DNA of 64,000 nt from Sedimentisphaerales bacterium (GCA_963663965.2 CAXXFK010000028.1:512001-576000); one strand, 5' to 3'; counted from the first letter of the stretch, positions 41,281 to 49,672 are shown. Numbers and translations: made by a program. Notes: generated by a model from the sequence alone, not told the origin.

Positions 41281-42150
41281 TAACAGCCGGATTATCCGCA
41301 GATGGATACAGATAAAAAATAAAAACTGGGTTAAGTTATTGAAATATAAAAAGATATAACGGAATACCCAGGGCGGTCAAGCCGCAACCAAAAGAAGAAA
41401 TAGTTCACACAAAGCCACCAATCCACCAAGATAAACAGCCAGTTAGACAGGATCACAGGATTGACAGGATTTAAGAAATGAGAATTGAGATAAAAATATA
41501 TCAGCCGATTCGACCGCAGATCCCGATGTACATCGGGACAGGTGGACGCAGATATAAAAGTAAAGAAAGATAGAACCACGAAAGGGACGAAATGCACGAA
41601 AGAAGAAAAAAACATTTTACCGTAAGGTAGTGAAGGGAGTGAAGAAATGGCCATTAAGCTGAAAGATTAACAGGCTTTTTTAGACAGGATCATCCCGATC
41701 CCGATGGCTCGGGATTTCGCTTTGCTCAATATCTGGGACTTTCAGCTCATTGACAGGATTTGAGAAAATGGATTTGATATCAAAATATAACAGCCATTTA
41801 ACATGAAGTTATTGAAGGGCATGAAGGGGGGGGGGAGGTGATAAAAAAGAAGATTTCACCACAGAGGAACAGCCGGAGTGGGGGGAAGATGGATGAAAAG
41901 GAATATGAGTTTAAAAGAAGGCAAGGAATATAACAGCCGGATGAACCACTGAGCCGCCTGCGGCTACACGAAGAGCGCCTGCGGCGCTGCACGAAGGTTA
42001 AGAAAAATATAACAGCCTTTTTAGACAGGATCATCCCGAGGGTTATCGGGACTTTCAGCTCATCGACAGGATTTGAGATTAAAGGGAATTGGAATAAGAA
42101 TATAACAGCCGAGTTCACCACGGAAAAACGCGGAAAGACGCGGAAGAAAG
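41281..42150 (+). repeat. Non-coding array of AACAGCC-anchored units with triplicated short motifs
   Basis: AACAGCC at 41282, 41434, 41789, 41868, 41932, 42011, 42104, variants at 41500 and 41669; triplets such as ACAGGAT x3, ACGAAA x3, TGAAG x3, CGGAA x3. Confidence 0.85.
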
Positions 42151-42379
42151 GCAAAAGGCAGGATGCAGGATTGGAAATTAGAAAGGCAGGATTCGTTTGT
42201 GGATTTTTTATTTTTGATGGCAATTGTTGGCTGATGGGGAGTGATGTGTTATGTGTTCAAAGTTTTACGGTGTTATGTTTGATAGTGCCTGGCTGTTGAT
42301 ACTGCTGAAGGAATGTGAATGATGGTGTGGAAGAAAACCTATTTAGATCAGCCCCGAGGTTTCGGGACTTCGCCTAGCT

Positions 42380-42435
42380 CAGCCCGCCTGAGGCGGATCT
42401 TCGACATGGGCAAAACAAGTTTTACCCATCCTACG
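42380..42435 (-). repeat. Left inverted arm containing a GTAG-type REP-like hairpin
   Basis: CAGCCCGCCTGAGGCGGATCTTCGA followed by CATGGGCAAAACAAGTTTTACCCATCCTACG. Confidence 0.75.
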
Positions 42436-42441
42436 TGACTG

Positions 42442-43752
42442 GTGTCTACCTTCGAATACGCGCCCGCCAAACAGCCCTCCGAACGAACCTTCTATTTCTG
42501 CCATACCGACCATCTGGGCTCCTCATCCATTATGAGCGACCGCGCCGGCGCCCTTGTCAATCAATATGGCTACCGGCCCTTCGGCGCCGATTGCTCACCG
42601 GCCTTCTCCGGCCTGACCCTCTCGCAACGCTTCACCGGCCAGAGTTACGATGAAGCCATCGGGCTCTACTACTATCAATCCCGCTATTACGATCCGGCCA
42701 TCGCCCGATTCATCCAGCCTGATACGATTTTACCCTCCTTCGGTTCTCAGGGCATTAACCGCTACAGCTATTGCTACAACAATCCGCTTAAATATACCGA
42801 TCCGAGCGGCCATGGTCCGGAATATGATCAAGCGGTTTCGAATAGTAGTCAGATGTTAAAAATCTATGGCGAAATGATTACAGATTCCGATGCAGGAATT
42901 CAGGCGAATATTGGTGCTTTTTTCCTTTCGATGTATCATGCTGTTACAATGGGGTTTGGTGGCGCAGCTCCTGCCATCCATGAAGGAATGGAAGGCGCCC
43001 GCGAACAGGCTGGTCAAGACTTTACTGGACCCGCTGGTTACGCAGTTCAGGGACTGTTATATGCTGGCGAAGGGTATGCTCGAACGATGGCTTGGGGTAG
43101 CGAAAAGTCTTTAGAAGCAGCCGTATTAGGTGGTCCGATTTCCGGTTTGTCTAAGGTCAGGTATGTAGGTACTGGATTGCAAGTTATTGGTGCAGGTGCA
43201 ACTACAGTTTATACCGGCCATAATATCTATAACCTTTCGACAGATCCAGATTATTGGACGATTGAGAATGTTCTCGATACTGGACTTTCTGGTGCAGGTT
43301 TATTATATTATGGCGATAAATTTGACAAATTTTTAATGAAAAAAGTCATCATTCCGTATAGAAAGGATTTGGCCACTACTTTTATGCGCGATGAGTTGAT
43401 GATACCAGAGGATATGATAGGGGGGTATATGGATGGAATTGACTTTAATCAGAAAGTCAGGATGGTAGAATTTGTAGGAGACGAACTTTTGGTGCAGTAT
43501 GTCAAAGAGTACGGTTTAGGCAGAGTAGGACGATTTTTTGCCTATCCAGGGACTTCACCAGACGAACTTGGAATAGCGCCTTATTTCCGCCGCATTCGTC
43601 AATTTAATCCTACACCCGGCACTAGAGCGTTGCAATCAACCGCCGCCCCGATAATTGATAAATGGTCTGTAAGGCCTTTTGAGTTTTCAACTCAAGGTGG
43701 CGGCACACAGATTATGAGTAATCCCAATTATTTCGAAATCATTCAGAACTAA
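42442..43752 (+). CDS. Orphan Rhs core remnant with C-terminal polymorphic toxin (Ntox46-like)
   Basis: 'HTDHLGS', 'RFTGQ', 'LYYYQSRYYDP..RFIQPD', 'NRYSYCYNNPLKYTDPSG'; tip 'GIDF..VQY..G.FF..PGT..LGI..LQSTAAP..D.WS..GGGTQ'. Confidence 0.85.
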   Translation: MSTFEYAPAKQPSERTFYFCHTDHLGSSSIMSDRAGALVNQYGYRPFGADCSPAFSGLTLSQRFTGQSYDEAIGLYYYQSRYYDPAIARFIQPDTILPSFGSQGINRYSYCYNNPLKYTDPSGHGPEYDQAVSNSSQMLKIYGEMITDSDAGIQANIGAFFLSMYHAVTMGFGGAAPAIHEGMEGAREQAGQDFTGPAGYAVQGLLYAGEGYARTMAWGSEKSLEAAVLGGPISGLSKVRYVGTGLQVIGAGATTVYTGHNIYNLSTDPDYWTIENVLDTGLSGAGLLYYGDKFDKFLMKKVIIPYRKDLATTFMRDELMIPEDMIGGYMDGIDFNQKVRMVEFVGDELLVQYVKEYGLGRVGRFFAYPGTSPDELGIAPYFRRIRQFNPTPGTRALQSTAAPIIDKWSVRPFEFSTQGGGTQIMSNPNYFEIIQN

Positions 43753-43764
43753 AAGGCTTGCGTT

Positions 43765-44100
43765 ATGGAACGAATCGAAATACTTAAAAATGCCCTTGCA
43801 GTATGGAATGAGTATGTTTCTTGCAGTCCAAAATTTTATCCATGGATTTCTAGAGATATATCATTCTTGATTGAAGTGGAACAAAGGCGTCTTAACGGTG
43901 AAAAGTCTTTGCAAAATGAAGAGGATGTGGAAAATTTGCTTGATTTAACTGGCCGTTCAAATCGACTCGGTCCATTTTCCGGAATAGCCGTTCATGATAT
44001 ATCAGATAATAATGTGTGTAGTTGTTTGATTGCTGTCCAGAATATCGTTCGAGAGATGGCGACTGATTTTAATCTAAACTATAATATTTTAGATGAATAA
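43765..44100 (+). CDS. Putative cognate immunity protein
   Basis: 111-aa acidic, AT-rich ORF 12 nt downstream of the toxin; assignment is by position only. Confidence 0.65.
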   Translation: MERIEILKNALAVWNEYVSCSPKFYPWISRDISFLIEVEQRRLNGEKSLQNEEDVENLLDLTGRSNRLGPFSGIAVHDISDNNVCSCLIAVQNIVREMATDFNLNYNILDE

Positions 44101-44133
44101 AAACTCAAGTTCCGTAGCCCGGGCATTTCTCGT

Positions 44134-44213
44134 CGTAGGATGAGGCAAATCTGTGATTTGCCCATGCCGCAGGTTCGCTTTAGGAGAATCGAAGATCCGC
44201 CTCAGGAGGGCTG
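44134..44213 (+). repeat. Right inverted arm containing a GTAG-type REP-like hairpin
   Basis: CGTAGGATGAGGCAAATCTGTGATTTGCCCATG ... TCGAAGATCCGCCTCAGGAGGGCTG; reverse complement of the left arm. Confidence 0.75.
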
Positions 44214-44296
44214 TTGATTATTGGCGTTTGTGCTGTGAATATGAAGGATGAGCAAGAAAGCATATTTGATTATTGCGGACTTGTTGAAAATTAAAA

Positions 44297-45044
44297 GGGT
44301 CAGGAACCTTTTTAGGTTGACATTACGCTGATATTGCGCCAGAATAGGCGGATCATGCCACGCTCTAAACGAAAAAGTTATGGCGGTTATCTTTACCATG
44401 TGCTCAACCGGGCAAATGGTCGGCTGCGTATATTTCGCAAGGCCGCCGATTTTGCGGCGTTTGAGGCCATCCTTGGCCAGGGCCAGGAGCGGACGGGAAT
44501 GCGGATCTGCGGGTATTGCCTGATGGGCAATCACTGGCATCTGCTGTTGTGGCCGCGGCATGACGGCGAGTTGTCGGAATATATGCGATGGGTGACGGTC
44601 ACGCACACGCAGCGGTATCACGCCGCCCGCCGCAGCGCCGGTACGGGCCATATTTATCAGGGGCGATTCAAGAGCTTTCCCATTCAGGGTCAGATTTATT
44701 ATGTGACGGCGCTGCGATATGTCGAAGCCAACCCCTTGCGGGCCGGACTGGTGACGGATGCGGCGGATTGGCCCTGGAGCAGCTATGGCCAGCATGTGGG
44801 CTGCGCCGGCCGGGATACGCCGATTACCCTGAGCGAGTATAGCACGCCGCTGCCGGAAAACTGGGATCAACTGGTACATGCCAATCTAAGCGAGAAGGAT
44901 TGCGAGCGTTTTCAAAACGCGATCCGGCGGGGCTGTCCGCTGGGGGATACGGACTGGTCAGAAAAGATCGCCGCCCAATTCGAATTAGAGTCAACACTCC
45001 GGCCCAGAGGAAGACCGAAGATCGACTTAAAAGGTTCCTGACCC
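44297..45044 (+). mobile_element. HUH Y1 transposase unit bounded by a perfect 16-bp inverted repeat
   Basis: GGGTCAGGAACCTTTT (44297-44312) and AAAAGGTTCCTGACCC (45029-45044). Confidence 0.75.
44355..45041 (+). CDS. REP-associated tyrosine transposase (RAYT-like, Y1_Tnp HUH)
   Basis: 'MPR..R..YHVLNRAN', HUH 'YCLMGNHWHLL', 'QGRFKS', catalytic Tyr 'RYVEANPLRAGLV..WPWSS', 'RGRP'. Confidence 0.9.
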   Translation: MPRSKRKSYGGYLYHVLNRANGRLRIFRKAADFAAFEAILGQGQERTGMRICGYCLMGNHWHLLLWPRHDGELSEYMRWVTVTHTQRYHAARRSAGTGHIYQGRFKSFPIQGQIYYVTALRYVEANPLRAGLVTDAADWPWSSYGQHVGCAGRDTPITLSEYSTPLPENWDQLVHANLSEKDCERFQNAIRRGCPLGDTDWSEKIAAQFELESTLRPRGRPKIDLKGS

Positions 45045-45129
45045 CTTAAAATCCGACTATCTAGCATAAGTAGTAAATTAAGAAGAAGGAACTATACTTC
45101 ATAAGCATTATGCCTAAAAATAGGCATCA

Positions 45130-45380
45130 GGGACAATCTGAAGCTGGATTCGGTGGGGCTGGCGGCGGATGTGGGCGCGATATTTGTACCGGTAGCGCCC
45201 GGCGGCGTGACTCTGTTTGGCCGGACGGTGAAAGTTTCGGCTAGAACGCTGCGCTATGCCAATCTCGGGATAAAGACCGTTCGTTATGCCGACAATGCCG
45301 TCAATCTGGCCCAGGCCGGTATCGGGGTGGAAGCCTATATGGACGGAGGAGCGGGTGCGGCTGGCGGCCGGTTCGATTAA
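45130..45380 (+). pseudogene. Probable fragment of a second Rhs pre-toxin region
   Basis: 'DSVGLAADVGAIFVPVAPGG' resembles Gly/Ala-rich segments that follow Rhs cores; no proper start, truncated. Confidence 0.4.
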
Positions 45381-45389
45381 AATAGTGTC

Positions 45390-45473
45390 GTCCCTGCGGG
45401 ACTTGTTGGAATGGGGGGATTGGGGATCCCGCAGTTGAAACTGCGGGCTATGAACTTATGTCCCTGGCGGGAC
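45390..45473. repeat. REP-like tripartite palindrome cluster
   Basis: GTCCCTGCGGGAC, CCCGCAGTTGAAACTGCGGG, GTCCCTGGCGGGAC. Confidence 0.65.
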
Positions 45474-45503
45474 TTTTATTGAAACCAATACATTGATTTT
45501 TGC

Positions 45504-45707
45504 TTGAGAGTGGTGAATTGGGATATCAGAGCGGATTTTGATAAGGAGCGGCGGGCGATGGAGAAGATCTGGAAGAGCCGGGAGAAACAGATCGAGACGG
45601 TGCTGGGGAACCTGGGCGGGATTGAAGGGGCGCTGCAGGGGTATTTGGGTACGAAGGCGCTGGGTGAAGGTGGGATTGCGATATTGGAGGGGATGGGAGA
45701 GGAATGA
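45504..45707 (+). pseudogene. C-terminal fragment of a DUF2130-like protein
   Basis: 'DFDKERRAMEKIWKSREKQIETVL..G.LQG..G' recalls the DUF2130 C-terminus; 5' part missing. Confidence 0.55.
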
Positions 45708-45725
45708 TCGGGAGGGTATGATAAC

Positions 45726-45751
45726 GGGCAATCACGGGGGATTGCCCCTAC
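45726..45751 (-). repeat. GTAG-type REP-like hairpin
   Basis: GGGCAATC-ACGGGG-GATTGCCC-CTAC. Confidence 0.65.
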
Positions 45752-45916
45752 AAAGGCTGGGCCGGCCGGTTATATTTCATTGTGAGTGGGGATAAAATCC
45801 ATTTTGTCGGGTAGTCTGGGATTTTATTGTCCAATTTCTGGTCGATAACAGAGTTATTAAGATAGATATAGTATAGAGGGGGGAAAGCGATTTCTTTTAA
45901 TTATATGGACTATCTT

Positions 45917-46016
45917 AGGGCGGTCAAGCCGCTAGCAAAGAAGAAATAGTTCACACAAAGACGCTAAGCCACAAAGATAAACAGCCGGTTTAACGCAAAG
46001 TCGCTGAGTCGCAAAG
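45917..46016 (+). repeat. Second copy of the 41370-41440 repeat plus a CGCAAAG-type triplet unit
   Basis: AGGGCGGTCAAGCCGC..AAAGAAGAAATAGTTCACACAAAG..CCAC.AAGATAAACAGCC shared with 41370-41440. Confidence 0.85.
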
Positions 46017-46173
46017 GGTGGGTAACCACCGGCAGCGTCAAAAGTTGACGTAAAGCGCTAAGCGATACAAGTTGTTGATTTGAAATAACCTATTGATACT
46101 GATGCGAAATAAACTAGCTAAGAACACAAAGAAATTATGGATTGTAGTACAAATAGCAAAGGTTTATGATCAA

Positions 46174-49100
46174 ATGAGAAAAACTGTGTTGGTGATCTGT
46201 TTAATGGGAAGTCTGATGATAAATGGCTTGTGGGGGGCCATTACTTATATTGACGCGGAACTGGGGAATACGACGGTTGATGGCGAGGCGCTGGCGGCGG
46301 GAGTCAATTATTCAACCAGTTATTCCACGCTGGAAGGGTTGTGGGGGTGGCGGACCAATCGGACGGATGTCAATGGCGGTGGGATCTGGGTAACGGATGG
46401 CGGGGCAGGCAGCGGGGAGGTGGATCGGGAAGAGACCGCGCCGCTGAAGATTGATATTACGCTGCCGGAAACAGGGGTTTATGATCTGTATGCGGTCATC
46501 ATGAATAATAACGGCGGCAGCGGGCATTGGGATGTCGGGGCGCGGATTGGCGAAACCGGATTTTTTACGACGTTTAACAAATATTCTGAGGAAATGACTC
46601 AGGCGGTGGCGTCGGATTTTGTGGGGAGCGTGAAAGTCTCGGGCAGTGGCGATGTGACCTTTAAGGTCAGGATTGGTCAATATACCGCCAGGGCCGCCAA
46701 TGAGAGTGTGAGCATCTATATTAATGGGCTGGATGGCTGGGATGGCCAGAGCGGGTTGGATCAGAGGACGCGTTTTGATGGGATTGGCTATGAAAAGGTG
46801 GCGGGCCTGATGCCCTGGGCGGTTAATGCGGGGCCGGTTGATGGTGATGAGAATGTGTTGGGAATCGATACGGTGTTGCGATGGCTGGCCGGGGAGGGGG
46901 CGTTGGGGCATAATGTTTATCTGGGGATGGATCGGGAGGCGGTGGCGTTTCGCAGTGACCTGGATGGGAGTCGAGAGGTTGATTGCGCGGATATGGCGAT
47001 GCTTGGGGTTGACTGGCAGAAAGAGGCGGGCGAGGTTATGGGAGGTGGGGCGGATATCGATGGATCGGGCGTGATCGATATGGGTGATCTGGCATGGGTG
47101 GCGGATGACTGGCTGGTGCGTGATGAAAGCAGTTTTGTGGGCGGTTTTTCCGCGGGAACGCCGGCGTATGATGCCGGGAAGCTTTTGCCGGATACAACCT
47201 ATTACTGGCGGATTGACGAGGTGGGTGAGCAGGCGGTTGCCAAGGGGGATGTCTGGGCATTCAAGACCTTCAAGGCGGATGGATTGACGGCCCGTATTTA
47301 TGACACGATCGATTTCAGCGAATTGAAGGTCACCCGGATCGATGGGCAGGTGAGTTTTGACTGGGGGGCGGGATCACCGGATCCTGCTGTGGGTGTGGAT
47401 ACCTTTTCCATTGCCTGGGAAGGCGGAATTATGGTACCGGAAAAAGGTGAGTATACGTTCTATGCCGGTTCCGATGATGGGACCCGCCTGTATGTGAATG
47501 ATATTCTGATTATTGACCAGTGGACCGATCATGGCTTGGTGGAAGCCAGTGGAGCGATCAAACTGCGGCCGGGAACGGTGTATCCTATCCGGCTGGAATA
47601 CTATGAGAATGCGGGATCGGCCGCGGTTTATCTGTTATGGTCGGGGCCGGGGATCAACAAACAGGTGATTCCCCGCGATTATCTTGCCTCATCGGTGACT
47701 GTGCCGCTGCCAGAGGATATCTGGGTGGTCGATCTGAACTCGATTCCAATGGAGATGCGGCTTTTGACGCTGACCCTGGAGGGACTGGTCGCCAAAGAGC
47801 AAGCGGCGATACTGGTGAAACAGGGAGGGCTGACTTCGTTGATCCGGGCGGATATGGAAGCGGAAGGGACGGTCTTTCATGATAATGCGTCGGTCTGGTG
47901 GCTGTTGAATAAATTCAGCGATTATATTGATGGACTGATTGTCTGCGGTTCGGATATGGCGAGTATTAACGCGGCGACTTCGCTGTGTGGACCGATGAAC
48001 GCGGTGGCCGTGGATGAGTCCATTTTAAGCCAGGTGCAGGGTCGGACGGGGTTGCCGGTACTGGCGGATATGAGAGGGATGGATGCCGCAACGGTTTATG
48101 GCAGCTATCAGGAACTGTTTGGGCATGAAATGGTTGTTGATGTGAACAAGGTGGATTTCCTGCGGGATATTGGCGTTACCCGTAATGCCATGACGTTCTA
48201 TCAAGTTGACTCGGCGACCCGGAAGCGAATTATTGGCGGATTGACCTCCCAGGGGATTGTGATGGGGTGGGGTAGTAACGCAGAGTATGGGTGGATAAAA
48301 GATCTCAGCCAGGTGAATGCCGGCGGGGTGCCGTCTGACTGGTCGAAAAATCTGTCGACGCTGTCGAAGCTTCCGGTGACTATTCCCAAGCCGCCGCGGA
48401 AGTATCCGGCTCCTGTGCAGGCGGGGGAACGCATTGTGGCCTTTTCCATGAGTGATGGGGATAATCTGCAGATTATGGCGGGGGATTATATTGTTAATGC
48501 CAAATATTTTGGGCATCCGGCGCGCGGGACCTTTCCTTTGTCGTGGGAATTTCCGCCGATGATGGGCGAGTTGATTCCCCGCGGGGTGCAATGTTACTAT
48601 AATGAGGCCAGCCGGGGTGAGAATCCTGATTGCTTTATTGCCGGGCCCAGTGGGGTTGGGTACGCGTTTCAACATTACTTGCCGAATCGCCGGGATTTTG
48701 CGACCCATACGGGGCAGGCGATGAAACGATGCGGGTTGACGGTGACGACCATGCTGAATGAAAATGATGTTTCGATGTCGAGCGCGTATGAATTGCTTGA
48801 CCGGCCGGAAGTTCTGGGTATTGTTTATAAGGATTGGGCTCCTTATAACCGTCGGCACGGCCAGATCTATTGGCACAATGGCAAGCCGTGTGTTTCCTAC
48901 AAATATTTGCTATGGGGTACTGACGCGGGAGATTCTGATAATCTGGGAGATTGGGAAACGGTATCAGCCGGTATTGCAGCCATGCCGGCGTCGCCGGCGA
49001 CGGACATGGGCAGTTACGCCCTGATTAACGCGCATGCCTGGTCGTTTGGGGAGGTTGGCGGGCCGATGCAGGCCATTATCAATACCATCGAGCTTTTACC

Positions 49101-49197
49101 GCCCAATACCCGGATTGTGACGGTGGAAGAACTGATTATTTTGTTGCGAAACAACTTTGGGGATCCTGTTGCGGAAGAGGAATATTTCGCGATGTAG
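46174..49197 (+). CDS. Secreted modular protein: dockerin-like pair, PA14 domain, GxGYxYP-type putative glycoside hydrolase
   Basis: Signal peptide from MRKTVL; PA14 'DTFSIAWEG..YTFYAGSDDGTRLYV..IRLEYYE'; 'SDGDNLQ', 'GPSGVGY', 'HAWS'. Confidence 0.8.
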   Translation: MRKTVLVICLMGSLMINGLWGAITYIDAELGNTTVDGEALAAGVNYSTSYSTLEGLWGWRTNRTDVNGGGIWVTDGGAGSGEVDREETAPLKIDITLPETGVYDLYAVIMNNNGGSGHWDVGARIGETGFFTTFNKYSEEMTQAVASDFVGSVKVSGSGDVTFKVRIGQYTARAANESVSIYINGLDGWDGQSGLDQRTRFDGIGYEKVAGLMPWAVNAGPVDGDENVLGIDTVLRWLAGEGALGHNVYLGMDREAVAFRSDLDGSREVDCADMAMLGVDWQKEAGEVMGGGADIDGSGVIDMGDLAWVADDWLVRDESSFVGGFSAGTPAYDAGKLLPDTTYYWRIDEVGEQAVAKGDVWAFKTFKADGLTARIYDTIDFSELKVTRIDGQVSFDWGAGSPDPAVGVDTFSIAWEGGIMVPEKGEYTFYAGSDDGTRLYVNDILIIDQWTDHGLVEASGAIKLRPGTVYPIRLEYYENAGSAAVYLLWSGPGINKQVIPRDYLASSVTVPLPEDIWVVDLNSIPMEMRLLTLTLEGLVAKEQAAILVKQGGLTSLIRADMEAEGTVFHDNASVWWLLNKFSDYIDGLIVCGSDMASINAATSLCGPMNAVAVDESILSQVQGRTGLPVLADMRGMDAATVYGSYQELFGHEMVVDVNKVDFLRDIGVTRNAMTFYQVDSATRKRIIGGLTSQGIVMGWGSNAEYGWIKDLSQVNAGGVPSDWSKNLSTLSKLPVTIPKPPRKYPAPVQAGERIVAFSMSDGDNLQIMAGDYIVNAKYFGHPARGTFPLSWEFPPMMGELIPRGVQCYYNEASRGENPDCFIAGPSGVGYAFQHYLPNRRDFATHTGQAMKRCGLTVTTMLNENDVSMSSAYELLDRPEVLGIVYKDWAPYNRRHGQIYWHNGKPCVSYKYLLWGTDAGDSDNLGDWETVSAGIAAMPASPATDMGSYALINAHAWSFGEVGGPMQAIINTIELLPPNTRIVTVEELIILLRNNFGDPVAEEEYFAM

Positions 49198-49460
49198 GCA
49201 AAAAAAAGGATAGGGGAAAATTTATGTGGTAGACCCATGCGGGGCGGACTAAGCTCGAAAATCCGGCCTTATAGGGGATGATTGGGGGGATCAGTCATTT
49301 GATAAGAGGGGATGGCGTTTATTCGGCCTGGTAAACTCCATATAGAGGTGATTTTAATGCATGGGTTGTTAAGAATCAATTTTCCGGGGGGGTATCGTAC
49401 TTGGTGTTGAAGAAAGTGGTTAATTCCGTTAAAAACCATGAATTTAATTGAAAATATGTA

Positions 49461-49489
49461 TTGACTTAAAGCGTTTGTTTCACTAATAT
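49461..49489 (+). promoter_or_regulatory. Sigma70-type promoter (distal)
   Basis: TTGACT-17 nt-TAATAT with AT-rich upstream region. Confidence 0.6.
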
Positions 49490-49494
49490 ATCTT

Positions 49495-49645
49495 TTCTCA
49501 ACTGAAGCGAGCGGCTGAACACGAGTAGCTGCGTTAGTGTAAGTTACTGTCTTTTCTGCGGTTAACACACTCGTAGCGTTCTGAAAATGGAATTTCAGAT
49601 ACGGCCGGTTCGTATGCCTGTGCAAGATGCGTTCGGGCATTTAAA
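49495..49645 (+). ncRNA. Candidate structured RNA or distal S10 leader
   Basis: GCGAGCGGCTG/CGGCCGGTTCGT, ACGAGT/ACTCGT, TCTGAAA/TTTCAGA and ATGCCTG/CGGGCAT arms between two promoter-like sites. Confidence 0.35.
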
Positions 49646-49672
49646 AATAATAATTAAATGTAAAATTTTCAG

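Noticed and set aside
41281..42150. CRISPR array or integron attC array
   Set aside because: The constant part is only 7-11 nt, spacing is irregular, there are no cassette ORFs, and no cas or integrase gene is in the window.
41331..42223. Hydrophobic minus-strand ORFs of 107 and 141 aa
   Set aside because: Low-complexity translations of the purine-rich repeat array.
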